The notes under the pieces: generated by a model | What the model saw: only the letters and a program-made list of their open reading frames with translations | What the model was told of the DNA's origin: nothing | Databases searched by the model: none | Made by a program: the position numbers and the translations under genes | Shown: one piece after another, positions 29,461 through 39,465 of the stretch | How positions within the stretch are numbered: the first letter of the stretch is position 1 | Layout of the letters: each line of letters opens with the position of its first letter | Assembly: GCA_964352675.1 (NCBI GenBank) | Contig: CAYGSN010000004.1 | Span: forward strand, 51,844 to 115,843 | Length of the DNA stretch: 64,000 bases | Direction: 5' to 3' | Source: an uncultured Pseudobdellovibrionaceae bacterium | Lineage (GTDB): Bacteria; Pseudomonadota; Alphaproteobacteria; Micavibrionales; Micavibrionaceae

Positions 29461-29808
29461 TTATAGCACCATCACGAGGGCAAAAACAAACGCCGCCGTA
29501 AAAAACATCCCGATTGAGCCGGACAAGAATATAGAGTTATCCGTATCCGGTGAATAATGTGCCAATATGGCATAGGCTAGGTAAAATATGCTGTAGGTCC
29601 CCAGCCCCCTAGAAAACTGATTCACCGATAGAAACGGCAATATGCCGCCGGGAAATCCCGTTGATTCAATCAGTTCAATCATCAGGCGCATCATAATCAT
29701 GCTGGACACAAGAAAGCCCAGCGCGATCCAGCGCTGTCGCTTGTGCACCACAACCAGCATAAGTGGAATCCAAATCAGATCAATCCAGGGCCAAAGAGTT
29801 AAAAACAT
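29461..29808 (-). CDS. hypothetical integral membrane protein
   Basis: 115 aa with four hydrophobic segments. No motif recognised. Co-oriented with rlmE, 6 nt upstream of it. Confidence 0.45.
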   Translation of the reverse strand: MFLTLWPWIDLIWIPLMLVVVHKRQRWIALGFLVSSMIMMRLMIELIESTGFPGGILPFLSVNQFSRGLGTYSIFYLAYAILAHYSPDTDNSIFLSGSIGMFFTAAFVFALVMVL

Positions 29809-29871
29809 CGCTTTATTTGTGAAATCAGTGTCCTATATTGTTTTTTGCGCTATTATTGAGGCTACGAAACA

Positions 29872-31245
29872 ATGATGATTGAAAAGATGAAAAACATCAA
29901 ACGCTCTTTGCACCGCTCGGTACTTCTGTGCCTGATGAGCGTTCTGACGCTCCTGCCTGCGCAGACAAGCGCGCAGGGCGGGCTGTCGATCATCCGCGAT
30001 ACAGAGATTGAAAACACCCTGCGCGAATGGCTTTCGCCCTTGCTCACAGCGGCCGGAATCGGAGAGAAAAACGTTAATATCATCCTGGTGCAAAGCCCCG
30101 ATCTGAACGCCTTTGTCGCCGGGGGCGCGAATATCTTTGTCTATACCGGCCTGATTGACCGCACGGAAAACCCCGGAGAGCTTATCGGTGTTCTGGCACA
30201 CGAGCTTGGGCACATCGCCGGAGGGCACCTGATTGCCACGCGCGACGCGATCGAGCGCGCCTCTTATGAGAGTATTCTGGGCGCGGTTCTTGGCATTGGC
30301 GCTGCGCTTGCCACAGGCAATGGCGGCGCGGCATCGGCTGTTATTGCCGGATCGTCCAGCGTAGCGCAACGGCGCTTCCTGGCCCATAGCCGGGTTCATG
30401 AATCCAGCGCAGATCAGGCCGCCCTGCGCTTTATGAGCGATGCACATCTCAGCCCCAAGGGATTGGTTAGCTTCTTCCGCAAACTGGAATCTGAAGAACT
30501 TCTGCCCAGTTCACAGCAAAGCGAATATATCCGCACTCACCCTCTGACCCGCAACCGGATTGATGCGGTGGAGACAAAGGCTGCGGAGTCACCGTATTAC
30601 GACACAGCCTTTCCCGATCGCTGGGTTGAACAGCACGCACGGATGAAAGCCAAGCTGGCCGGCTTTATCAAACCACAGCAGGTGCTCTGGATCTATAATG
30701 AAGGCGATGATTCCATCCCGGCACGCTATGCCTATGCCATTGCCGATTACCGCGGCAACAATATCAGCAAGGCCCTGGAAAGAATTGATGCTCTTCTGGA
30801 GCGAGAGCCGGACAACCCCTATTTCCTGGAGCTTAAAGGCCAGATGCTGGTGGAATTCGGCCGCGTTGGCGAAGCCCTGTCCTCCTACGAAAAATCGGTG
30901 GCCCTGGCCCCCAATGCCGGGCTGATACGGATTGCCTACGGCCATGCCCTGATTGAATCCGGCGGCGGCGAGGAGGATTTGCGCAAAGCCGTGGACAATC
31001 TGGAGCGCGCTTTGCAACAGGAGCCGCGATCCCCGCGCGCACGGCGCCTTCTGGCCACGGCCTATGGCCGTTTGGGTGATGATGTACAGGCGCAGCTCAA
31101 CCTGGCGGAAGAGGCCATATTACAACGCGAAATTCCATACGCCAAAAGCCGTGCCGAATTTGTGGTGCAAAACGCAAAAGAAGGAAGCCGCGAATGGCTC
31201 CAGGCCAAGGATTTACTGAACCAGATCGAGAATACAAAACTCTGA
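29872..31245 (+). CDS. M48 family metalloprotease with C-terminal TPR domain (BepA-like)
   Basis: Signal peptide. Zinc motif AHELGHIAGGH. ESSADQ third-ligand region. TPR-like C-terminal half. Confidence 0.85.
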   Translation: MMIEKMKNIKRSLHRSVLLCLMSVLTLLPAQTSAQGGLSIIRDTEIENTLREWLSPLLTAAGIGEKNVNIILVQSPDLNAFVAGGANIFVYTGLIDRTENPGELIGVLAHELGHIAGGHLIATRDAIERASYESILGAVLGIGAALATGNGGAASAVIAGSSSVAQRRFLAHSRVHESSADQAALRFMSDAHLSPKGLVSFFRKLESEELLPSSQQSEYIRTHPLTRNRIDAVETKAAESPYYDTAFPDRWVEQHARMKAKLAGFIKPQQVLWIYNEGDDSIPARYAYAIADYRGNNISKALERIDALLEREPDNPYFLELKGQMLVEFGRVGEALSSYEKSVALAPNAGLIRIAYGHALIESGGGEEDLRKAVDNLERALQQEPRSPRARRLLATAYGRLGDDVQAQLNLAEEAILQREIPYAKSRAEFVVQNAKEGSREWLQAKDLLNQIENTKL

Positions 31246-31351
31246 TATTCCGTACGATTCACTGCTTTCAATTGCGCATTGTTTTTCAAACGCACGGGAA
31301 GTAAGCTACAATAGTCTTATAGGATAAATTCAAGCAGGAGCACTCTTCATC

Positions 31352-32104
31352 ATGTTCATTCGTAAAACCTTACTCATGACCGCCATTTTCAGCGCCATCG
31401 CTGTTTTCAGCGCCCCACAAAACGCTGCGGCTGAAAACTTCAGCGTCGCGCAGAAAGAAGAAATGGGCGCGATTATCAAGGACTACCTGATGAACAATCC
31501 AGAGGTCATTATCGAAGCTGTGAATGAATACCGCGAAAATGAAGAAAAACGCGCTGATTCAAAAGCCAAAGATATTATTAAATCCAAAATGGATATGATG
31601 ACGGCCGAAGGAATGCCCTCTGTAGGCAACAAGGATGCGGACATTACTGTGATAGAATTTTTTGATTACAATTGCGGCTATTGCAAGCGCGCTATCGGCG
31701 ATATCCAGAGCATCGTAAACGCGGATAAAAATGTGCGATTTGTCTTCATGGAAATGCCAATCCTTGGCCCCGCATCTTTCACGGCTTCACAATGGGCTAT
31801 GGCAGCGCATCAGCAGGGTAAATACTTTGAATACCACGCCGCCCTTATGAACCATCCCGGCGGAAAAGACGAAAAGACGCTGGAAAAACTTGCTAAAAAC
31901 GTAGGACTGGATATCGATAAGATGAAAGAAGACGCCAATTCCGAAGAGGTCGCCAGCGCCATTAAAAAAAGCAGCCTTCTTGCGCAAGAAATCGGCATCC
32001 GCGGTACACCAGCCTTTATCGTCGGGCAAGAGCTGTTTCGCGGCTACATAGGGCGTGAGGGCCTGAAACAGGCTATTCAGGACCAGCGCGAAAACCAAGG
32101 CTAA
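31352..32104 (+). CDS. DsbA family periplasmic thiol:disulfide oxidoreductase
   Basis: Signal peptide. Active site FFDYNCGYCKRA (CxxC). GTPAF cis-Pro loop. Confidence 0.85.
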   Translation: MFIRKTLLMTAIFSAIAVFSAPQNAAAENFSVAQKEEMGAIIKDYLMNNPEVIIEAVNEYRENEEKRADSKAKDIIKSKMDMMTAEGMPSVGNKDADITVIEFFDYNCGYCKRAIGDIQSIVNADKNVRFVFMEMPILGPASFTASQWAMAAHQQGKYFEYHAALMNHPGGKDEKTLEKLAKNVGLDIDKMKEDANSEEVASAIKKSSLLAQEIGIRGTPAFIVGQELFRGYIGREGLKQAIQDQRENQG

Positions 32105-32133
32105 AAGAACCAACCCAAATATAATAAAACATC

Positions 32134-32754
32134 ATGGCCCGCCGCCGCATCACAGCCACGCATTTCGTTTACGCCGTCATTGCCCTGATCGCGCTGTATC
32201 TGGTGTTCCAGATCTATGTGAGCATGGCGCTGCAGGCGCAGCTCAAAGTCGTTGAGGACGGGTATTACGTCGGCAATAAAAACGGTGATGTAAAAATTAT
32301 TGAGTTCATGAATTACACCTGCCATTTCTGTCACGAGGTCAACCCCGCCCTGATGGCGGCAGTGAAGGAAGATGGCAATGTACTCCTGGTTCCCCGGCCG
32401 ATTGCAGCCCAGGACCCGGCCAGCCAATACGGTGCAAAACTGGCCTATGCCGCCGGGAAACAGGGACAATTCATAGCCGTGCACAACGCGCTGTTTGAAC
32501 GTCAGAGCATCTATGACGAGCTGACCGCCAAAGACTTCTCCGCGCGTTTCGACCTTGATTTTGAGACGCTCAAAGAAGATATGGACTCAAATGATGTGTT
32601 CCAGTCCTATGCCCGTAACGGCAGCCTGTTTCAATCCATCGGCGCAAAAGGCACGCCTGCGTTTTTGATTAACGATACCACCCTGTTCGAACCCTCGGGC
32701 GCAATGCCGGGCAAGGACGATTTCTTAAAGCTTTTTCAGGAGGCCAGACAATGA
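32134..32754 (+). CDS. DsbA family thioredoxin-fold protein (membrane anchored)
   Basis: N-terminal TM anchor. Active site FMNYTCHFCHEV (CxxC). GTPAFLIN cis-Pro loop. Confidence 0.8.
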   Translation: MARRRITATHFVYAVIALIALYLVFQIYVSMALQAQLKVVEDGYYVGNKNGDVKIIEFMNYTCHFCHEVNPALMAAVKEDGNVLLVPRPIAAQDPASQYGAKLAYAAGKQGQFIAVHNALFERQSIYDELTAKDFSARFDLDFETLKEDMDSNDVFQSYARNGSLFQSIGAKGTPAFLINDTTLFEPSGAMPGKDDFLKLFQEARQ

Positions 32755-33218
32755 TGACCAAACGACTCTTTATTCTTGCTGCAATTTTGCTGCTTTCCCT
32801 ACCCGCACGGGCCGATATCGGCCTGGATATCGCCGATGCCCATGCCTATGCCACAACGCCGGTGCAGAAAAACGGCGCAGTGTTCCTGTCCATTTATAAC
32901 GGCGGGCCGGATGACGCCATACTTTCCGCCGAAAGCAATGTCGCGGAAACAGTGGAGCTGCATACCCACAGCATGGATGACCACGGCGTTATGATGATGC
33001 GCGAGGTGGAACGCTTCAGCCTGCCTTCCGGCCAGAACGTAAAGCTGGAGCCTGCCGGTCATCACATCATGCTAATGGGGTTGGAATCCCCACTCAAAAA
33101 CGAGGACACATTCATGATGACCCTGCACTTCGAGCATCACCCCCCGATGACGCTCACAGTCGAAATCGTTCCTCCCGGCACAATGCCGGAACATCACCTT
33201 GATAGCGGCGATGAGTAA
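32751..33218 (+). CDS. copper chaperone PCu(A)C (DUF461)
   Basis: Signal peptide. Met/His copper motif ELHTHSMDDHGVMMMREV ... GHHIMLMG. ATGA overlap with the upstream dsbA-like gene. Confidence 0.85.
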   Translation: MMTKRLFILAAILLLSLPARADIGLDIADAHAYATTPVQKNGAVFLSIYNGGPDDAILSAESNVAETVELHTHSMDDHGVMMMREVERFSLPSGQNVKLEPAGHHIMLMGLESPLKNEDTFMMTLHFEHHPPMTLTVEIVPPGTMPEHHLDSGDE

Positions 33219-33654
33219 ACTTCTCCTCCTTCACGGCCCGAATCTTAATATGCTTGGCCTGCGCGAGCCGGAGATCTATGGGACAACAACCCAGGACGAA
33301 ATCTTTGCCCTGTGCCATGAAAAGGCCCGGGAACTAGGCTTTTCCGCCCTTGAATGCCGCCAGTCAAACCATGAGGGCGAACTTGTCGGCTGGATTCAGG
33401 AGGCCGCACGTACCAATTATGCCGGCATGTTTATCAATGCTGCGGCCTATACGCATACATCCGTTGCGCTTCATGATGCGCTGAAACTCCTGAAAATCCC
33501 GGTGGTGGAGGTGCACATTTCCGATCCGTCCCAGCGGGAGGATTTTCGCCACCATTCTTATATCACTCCCCTGGCAGCGGCGGTTTTCAGCGGTCACGGC
33601 ACAAAGGGCTATGAAATGGCCCTGGAAAAGCTTGCGGACATAATCACCCCTTAA
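33211..33654 (+). CDS. aroQ: type II 3-dehydroquinate dehydratase
   Basis: LLLHGPNLNMLGLREPEIYG, CRQSNHEGELV, NAAAYTHTSVA and EVHISD blocks. ATG at 33211 overlaps the PCuAC stop by 8 nt. Confidence 0.95.
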   Translation: MSKLLLLHGPNLNMLGLREPEIYGTTTQDEIFALCHEKARELGFSALECRQSNHEGELVGWIQEAARTNYAGMFINAAAYTHTSVALHDALKLLKIPVVEVHISDPSQREDFRHHSYITPLAAAVFSGHGTKGYEMALEKLADIITP

Positions 33655-33749
33655 GATGAAAGCGCTTTGACTTTTCTCCCGAACTCCGTTAATCAGGACT
33701 TTGGGTTAAAAAACGGATACATAATCAAACAAAATCAAAAGAAAATATT

Positions 33750-34208
33750 ATGAAATTTGACTCCAAAATAATCAAGGAACTGGCCGGGCTTCTCGACGAA
33801 ACGGGCCTGAGTGAAATTGAGATTGCTGAAGGCGATCAATCTATCCGCGTCAGCAAGGGCAGCACCGTCATTGCGACCGCAGGCGGCTACAACGCGCCAG
33901 TGTCCATGCCGTCTGATCCGACATTACCACAAGCGGCCAATACGGCTGCGCCCGATACTGTGGCCCATGCCCATCCCGGTGCGGTCACATCACCAATGGT
34001 CGGCACAGCCTATATGCAGCCCGACCCGGACTCCTCGCCTTTTGTAAAAAAAGGCGACAGCGTAAAGCCCGGCGATACGCTTATGATTATCGAAGCTATG
34101 AAAGTCATGAATCCTATTAAGGCCGAAAATGCCGGAACAGTGACGCACATCATGGTTGAGGACGGCCAGCCGGTGGAATTCGGTGATGTCCTTATGGTCA
34201 TAGAATAA
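33750..34208 (+). CDS. accB: acetyl-CoA carboxylase biotin carboxyl carrier protein
   Basis: Ala/Pro linker followed by the biotinyl-lysine motif IEAMKVMN. Confidence 0.95.
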   Translation: MKFDSKIIKELAGLLDETGLSEIEIAEGDQSIRVSKGSTVIATAGGYNAPVSMPSDPTLPQAANTAAPDTVAHAHPGAVTSPMVGTAYMQPDPDSSPFVKKGDSVKPGDTLMIIEAMKVMNPIKAENAGTVTHIMVEDGQPVEFGDVLMVIE

Positions 34209-34227
34209 TTTAGAAAAACACTCGATC

Positions 34228-35580
34228 ATGGCCATCAAAAAAGTTCTCATAGCAAACAGGGGCGAAATAGCTCTTCGCATCATTCGCGCCTGCCGCGAAA
34301 TGGGCATCCAGGCCGTCGTGGTACACTCCACAGCGGACGCCAGCTCTATGGCGGTGCGCTTGGCGGATGAATCGGTCTGTATCGGCCCGCCCGCCTCCAA
34401 GGACAGCTATCTGAACATTCCGGCAATCCTGAGCGCGGCCTCTCTGGTCGGTGCGGACGCTATCCATCCCGGCTATGGCTTCTTATCCGAAAACACCCAA
34501 TTCGCCCGCATGGTGGAGGAACACGGATTTATCTTTATCGGCCCCACGCCCGAACATATCGAAAAAATGGGTGATAAGGTAACGGCCAAACAAACCGTCA
34601 AGGCGCTGGGCTTGCCTGTTGTTCCCGGCTCTGACGGCGGTGTCGAAGATGCGAAAGAGGGATTGAAAATTGCCGAGGGCATGGGCTTTCCTGTCATCAT
34701 CAAAGCCGCCAGCGGCGGCGGCGGAAAAGGTATGCAGGTTGTACGCTCATCCGAGGAATTTGCCGAGCTCTTTAACCGGGCGCGCAGTGAAGCCGAAGCC
34801 AATTTCGGCGACCGCACCGTTTATATCGAAAAATTCCTGGAAAAGCCGCGCCACATTGAAATTCAGGTTTTTGGAGATACGCACGGCAACGCCATCCATC
34901 TGGGAGAGCGCGATTGCTCGATCCAGCGCCGTCACCAGAAGCTGATTGAAGAAGGCCCATCGCCCGTCCTAAACGAGAAGGAGCGCGAGCAAATTGGAAC
35001 GCTGGCCGCTGAAACCATCCGAAAGATGGGATATCGCGGCGCGGGCACAATTGAGTTTCTCTACGAAGACGGCAAATTCTATTTCATGGAGATGAATACA
35101 CGCATACAGGTGGAACACCCTGTCACCGAAATGATCACCGGGATAGACCTGATTGCCGAGCAGATCCGCGTGGCGGCCGGCGAACCCCTGTCAGTCCAGA
35201 AAAACGGCGGTAAATTCCGTTTCCGCGGCCATGCGATTGAAATTCGCATCAATGCCGAAGACCCTAAAACATTCACCCCTTCACCCGGAAAAATCACGCA
35301 ATTCCATGCGCCGGGCGGGCTGGGCGTTCGCTTCGACAGTGCCATATATGGCGGGTATTCCATTCCGCCTTATTACGATTCCATGATCGGCAAGCTGATC
35401 GTCCATGGGAGAAACCGCGAGGAATGCATCCGCCGTCTGCGCCGCGCGATCAAGGAAACCGTAATTGACGGGATTAAAACCACCCTGCCACTGCATGACT
35501 GGATCCTGCAGCAGGACGATTTTCTCAGCGGCGATTACACCATTCACTGGCTGGAAAAAAAGCTGGCGGAGAAGTCCTAA
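34228..35580 (+). CDS. accC: acetyl-CoA carboxylase biotin carboxylase subunit
   Basis: 450 aa. [21 protein letters not shown] and [14 protein letters not shown] blocks. Confidence 0.97.
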   Translation: MAIKKVLIANRGEIALRIIRACREMGIQAVVVHSTADASSMAVRLADESVCIGPPASKDSYLNIPAILSAASLVGADAIHPGYGFLSENTQFARMVEEHGFIFIGPTPEHIEKMGDKVTAKQTVKALGLPVVPGSDGGVEDAKEGLKIAEGMGFPVIIKAASGGGGKGMQVVRSSEEFAELFNRARSEAEANFGDRTVYIEKFLEKPRHIEIQVFGDTHGNAIHLGERDCSIQRRHQKLIEEGPSPVLNEKEREQIGTLAAETIRKMGYRGAGTIEFLYEDGKFYFMEMNTRIQVEHPVTEMITGIDLIAEQIRVAAGEPLSVQKNGGKFRFRGHAIEIRINAEDPKTFTPSPGKITQFHAPGGLGVRFDSAIYGGYSIPPYYDSMIGKLIVHGRNREECIRRLRRAIKETVIDGIKTTLPLHDWILQQDDFLSGDYTIHWLEKKLAEKS

Positions 35581-35637
35581 ATCCAGTCATTTTCTCTAAA
35601 AATCGAAAAATCTTTTCAAATCTGGCATAATTAGCTT

Positions 35638-36309
35638 ATGCAGCTCATCCTGACACCGGAACTGATGATCGAAGCCTACCGCCAGGGGTTATTTCCCATG
35701 GCCTATAACACCGGAAGCCCCTATATTCACTGGATTTGTCCCGATATGCGCGGGCAGCTTTCGATTACCGGCCTGCATATTCCGCGCTCGCTCAAAAAGC
35801 TGCTGCGGCAAAATCTGGAAAGCCCGTCCTATGAAATCCGTATCGATACAGCCTTTAAAGAGGTGATCGATTCCTGCGCGGAAAGCACCACCGATCGCCC
35901 GGAAAGCTGGATCAACAAACCGATACGTGACGTATTTATTGACCTGCACAAACGCGGCGACGCGCACAGCATCGAATACTGGCAGAACGGCGTTCTGAAA
36001 GGCGGTTTATACGGGATGGAGATCGGCGGCGCCTTTTTCGGGGAAAGCATGTTTTCCCGCACGCCGAACGCCAGCAAGCTCGCGCTGGTGCATCTTACCG
36101 CCCGGTTGTGGGCCGGCGAGTTTGCCCTGCTTGATACGCAATTTGTGAATGATCACCTGAAACAATTCGGCGTCTATGAAATCCCGCATGCCGCCTATAA
36201 AAAAGAATTGCTTAAAGCTCTTGGAAAAAGCGCTGATTTCTTCTGTGCAGATAAAGCTGAGCATGAGATTTTAGCAGATTATCTGTATTTCCGCTCGGAA
36301 GACGCTTAA
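35638..36309 (+). CDS. aat: leucyl/phenylalanyl-tRNA--protein transferase
   Basis: GLFPM, HIPRSLKK, TWI-type WINKPIRDVF, GGLYGMEIGGAFFGESMFS and QFVNDHLKQFG blocks. Confidence 0.92.
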   Translation: MQLILTPELMIEAYRQGLFPMAYNTGSPYIHWICPDMRGQLSITGLHIPRSLKKLLRQNLESPSYEIRIDTAFKEVIDSCAESTTDRPESWINKPIRDVFIDLHKRGDAHSIEYWQNGVLKGGLYGMEIGGAFFGESMFSRTPNASKLALVHLTARLWAGEFALLDTQFVNDHLKQFGVYEIPHAAYKKELLKALGKSADFFCADKAEHEILADYLYFRSEDA

Positions 36310-36315
36310 AGCCCC

Positions 36316-36867
36316 CTAATTCGCAGGCAAGGTTTTGCTTTCGATATCCATGTCGGGCTGGGCCGGGACCTGGTCTTCGGCGATCTGGCCTTCATCGGCG
36401 CGGGCCTGATCATCTTTACCTTCCACCACAGTTTCGTCTTGCTCTTTGCTTTCCAGACAGTCCAACACCCACACATCGTAAATCGGGTGATCCATATATG
36501 AAAGGGCCGGAGATGAAGCGAACATCCAGCCGCTAAAGACCCATTCAGCCTTGCCTTGCTGCCCTTCGGCCTGGCCCGGCTCCTCCTTCACCTCCCAGAC
36601 CTGGAGAAATGAAGCGCTCTCGGGCTGCTCGATCGGCGGCGCCTTCCGACAGGACTGGACTTTGATATATAAAGAGCCAAATTTCACCGTACTGCCAACA
36701 TTGGCCTGGAATGTCGTCGTTCGCGCTGTGATCTTATCGATGGCACGCAGCTTGACCACCGGTTTATCTTCCATCACATCGGGATTTTGTCCCAGAACAG
36801 GGGAAATGCAAAAAAAGGTAAAAAGAAGAAAAACCGCAAACGCGCCGTTTTTAAGATTCATTGTCAT
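36316..36867 (-). CDS. DUF2155 domain-containing periplasmic protein
   Basis: Signal peptide after MTMNLKNGAFAVFLL. LRAIDKITARTTTFQANVGSTVKFGSLYIKVQSCRKAPP is the DUF2155 core. Start chosen at ATG 36867, overlapping the mlaD stop. ATG 36861 is also possible. Confidence 0.75.
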   Translation of the reverse strand: MTMNLKNGAFAVFLLFTFFCISPVLGQNPDVMEDKPVVKLRAIDKITARTTTFQANVGSTVKFGSLYIKVQSCRKAPPIEQPESASFLQVWEVKEEPGQAEGQQGKAEWVFSGWMFASSPALSYMDHPIYDVWVLDCLESKEQDETVVEGKDDQARADEGQIAEDQVPAQPDMDIESKTLPAN

Positions 36868-37309
36868 CGGTTTGCATGCTGAAGATAAACTGGCCCAGCA
36901 ACTGCTCGAGGTTCTGCGGCGCCTGCGTATATTCAACATGGCCGCCTTCGCCCAGGATATCCTCGGACCCGCCCGGCTCCAGCGACAGATAACGCCCGCC
37001 GAGCAGACTTTCGCTACTGATCAGAGCCGCTGTGTCCATCGGCAGCTTCACGCTGGAATCAACACTCATATAGACCCGCGCCAGAAAGGTCTCAGGGTCC
37101 AGCGCTACATCTGTCACAGTGCCGACTTTAACACCGCTGATCTGTACGTCATCACCCGGTTTCAGGCCGCCAATACCTGAAAAATCGGCAGAAATCGTAT
37201 AGCCGCTTACACTACCGACATTGGCCGTGTCATAGCTGAACAACAGGAAAAACCCGGCTATAAGGAGAACAAGCGCGCCCAAAACAGTCTCAATTACACT
37301 TCTTTTCAT
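36851..37309 (-). CDS. mlaD: outer-membrane lipid asymmetry maintenance protein MlaD (MCE domain)
   Basis: N-terminal TM anchor. MCE core ISADFSGIGGLKPGDDVQISGVKVGTV. Confidence 0.85.
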   Translation of the reverse strand: MKRSVIETVLGALVLLIAGFFLLFSYDTANVGSVSGYTISADFSGIGGLKPGDDVQISGVKVGTVTDVALDPETFLARVYMSVDSSVKLPMDTAALISSESLLGGRYLSLEPGGSEDILGEGGHVEYTQAPQNLEQLLGQFIFSMQTDDNES

Positions 37310-37416
37310 GTTGTCGCAGTCCTGAAATTAATAAAATCCAATATGATGATTTAGCCTAAATTGGGCAAAGTGTAAACGGTTCAAACATTTCACCTTTGTA
37401 AATATTCACCGATTCT

Positions 37417-37806
37417 CTACTCCGGGGGGCGCCAGGCTTCATAATCACCGGTGGCTTTATCGCGCTGTCCACCTTCCAGAACATGGCCCGGTGGGCGGTA
37501 TGCGCCTGTTGTTCCTGTCATATTCGGCTGATGCGGTTTTTGCCAGGGGCGGCGAAATGAATGCTCCCCCGGTACTTCATCGGTCTGATGATGAAGCCAG
37601 CCATGCCATTCCGGCGGCACAGAACTTGCCTCCGACGCTCCCTTATACATGACCCAGCGTCTCTCGCGCTTATAGCCCGGGCGCGCCTTGACCCGATAAT
37701 AAGTGTTGCCCAGAGCGTCCGTGCCGACCTTCGTCCCACCACTAAACATCGTGAAGAAGGAAATCTGCACGGGAGAGAGAACGCCAAGAAATCTGAAAAG
37801 GCCCAT
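37417..37806 (-). CDS. NADH:ubiquinone oxidoreductase subunit NDUFA12-like protein
   Basis: GTDALGNTYYR...RRWVMYKG...VPPEWHGWLHH is the NDUFA12/B17.2 signature. Start at ATG 37806 (MGLFRFL). Confidence 0.85.
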   Translation of the reverse strand: MGLFRFLGVLSPVQISFFTMFSGGTKVGTDALGNTYYRVKARPGYKRERRWVMYKGASEASSVPPEWHGWLHHQTDEVPGEHSFRRPWQKPHQPNMTGTTGAYRPPGHVLEGGQRDKATGDYEAWRPPE

Positions 37807-37893
37807 AATGCCGGAATCCGTTTGTTTTTTGCTTAATATCGCTATAAAGAGTAGGCTAGAATACATTAAAATACAAGCAAAGGATAGACGGTT

Positions 37894-38355
37894 ATGAGCT
37901 TGGAATCAAAACTACAGGAGCTGGGTTATAACTTGCCGGAAGTCGCCCCACCGGAAGCGAATTATATACCCTATGTGGTTAGCGGCTCTCACATCTATAT
38001 CGCCGGGCAAATTCCGTTTTTGAACGGAGAGAAAATGCATCTCGGGCGGCTGGGTGAAACGGCCTCCCTCGAAGACGGCATTGAGGCGGCCAAAGCCTGC
38101 GCCCTGAATATCCTGGCCCAGGCGAATGCCGCCGTAAACGGTAATTGGGGCAGCATACGTGGGTGCGTCAAACTGGGCGGATTTGTAAATTGTACGCCGG
38201 ATTTCACCGATCATCCGAAAGTCATGAACGGCGCCTCGGACCTGATTGTCTCCGTAATGGGGGAGCGCGGTCGTCATGCCCGTTTTGCCGTGGGCGCGCC
38301 TTCGCTGCCGCTGGGCGTTTGTGTAGAAATCGATGCGATATTTGAGTTCGTCTGA
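37894..38355 (+). CDS. RidA/YjgF family protein
   Basis: 153 aa. GSHIYIAGQIP and C-terminal VEIDAIFE, typical of the YjgF/RidA fold. Confidence 0.8.
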   Translation: MSLESKLQELGYNLPEVAPPEANYIPYVVSGSHIYIAGQIPFLNGEKMHLGRLGETASLEDGIEAAKACALNILAQANAAVNGNWGSIRGCVKLGGFVNCTPDFTDHPKVMNGASDLIVSVMGERGRHARFAVGAPSLPLGVCVEIDAIFEFV

Positions 38356-38536
38356 GTTCGCCTAGGTCAAACAGGTTCGGTCGGTGCAAAAGGCCATTCT
38401 ATCGTTTTGTTATCCAGAGCCGGAATATTTTCCTGCAGACCCTCGAAAAACTTTGCCGTGGGCACAATCCGGAACGTTTCCTTTTCTCTGTTAATATCCT
38501 GAGAAAAATACACAAAAAACAAAATTATGTCAGGTT

Positions 38537-39427
38537 TTAATCCGCTACAGCGTCCTTAAGCGCCCGCCAGTCCCGGTACATTTGCATCGCCGCCTCACGC
38601 CCGATCTGGGTATATTGCGTTACACCCTGCGAGGTATCGGATAGCTCGCGGCGAACAATATCTTCCTTGCCGCGAATCTCCTGAATATCCTCATGGCTCA
38701 GCCCATAATATACGGTCTTAATCCCGACTGAGATGATCAGCGCCTTGCCCATCATTGTTGGCTCACTGCTGACATAGAGGGTACAGCCCGATAAATCCGA
38801 CTTACCGATTTTTTCAGCAGCCTGACGGATCGCCATAACCTCCGCATGCGCCGTCGGATCAACGCGGGAAGAAATCCCGTTCACACCGCGCCCTAAAATC
38901 TTACCTTTTTCACTCGCTACAATTGCACCGAACGGACCGCCTTTTTTCGATTTCGCATTCTCATCGGCCAGGGCAATCGCCTTGCCGATCAAATCTTCAT
39001 GGGAAAATTGCGTGTCATGACTCTGAACCGCCAAAGGTTTTGATTTCAGACCCTTATGCCGCAGAGTACGGGATACGATCTGCAGCAAACGCTCCGGATC
39101 AACCGGCTTGTGCAGGACCTGCGCCACGCCCAGAGATGATGCCTCCATCAAAATGTCACTGGAATCATCAGAAGTCACAATGACCACCGGCAGCTGGATC
39201 CCCTGCACCACCAGATATCGCACAAACTCAAACCCGCCCTTGGGGGCCATATTGATATCGACAAACGCCATATCGACATCATGGTTGCGCATAACCTCAA
39301 TGGCGCTCTCACCGTCAATCGCGCCATGCACCGTATAGCCCTGCGTGCGCATGACGCTCATGATCAGCTCACGGCTGACTTCATTGTCTTCCGCAACAAG
39401 AATGGAAATGAAGCTGTTCTCACTCAT
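38537..39427 (-). CDS. response regulator receiver fused to a degenerate guanine/nucleoside-deaminase-like domain
   Basis: REC: ILVAEDNE (E13/D14), FVDINMAP (D57), VIVTSD (T85), HKP (K107). C-terminal part: KKGGPFGAIVAS...DPTAHAEVMAIR (CDA-fold HAE motif). The expected EPCPMC is EPTMMG, so both Zn-ligand cysteines are absent. Confidence 0.75.
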   Translation of the reverse strand: MSENSFISILVAEDNEVSRELIMSVMRTQGYTVHGAIDGESAIEVMRNHDVDMAFVDINMAPKGGFEFVRYLVVQGIQLPVVIVTSDDSSDILMEASSLGVAQVLHKPVDPERLLQIVSRTLRHKGLKSKPLAVQSHDTQFSHEDLIGKAIALADENAKSKKGGPFGAIVASEKGKILGRGVNGISSRVDPTAHAEVMAIRQAAEKIGKSDLSGCTLYVSSEPTMMGKALIISVGIKTVYYGLSHEDIQEIRGKEDIVRRELSDTSQGVTQYTQIGREAAMQMYRDWRALKDAVAD

Positions 39428-39465
39428 TCGTTTATTTAAGCATAAAAATCCCTTAGAATATACGG

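Noticed and set aside
38356-38536. 181-nt gap between the RidA-family gene and the REC-deaminase gene, examined for an sRNA, tRNA or small ORF
   Set aside because: I found only a trivial 10-codon ORF and no stable hairpin plus T-run or conserved motif. It is left unannotated.
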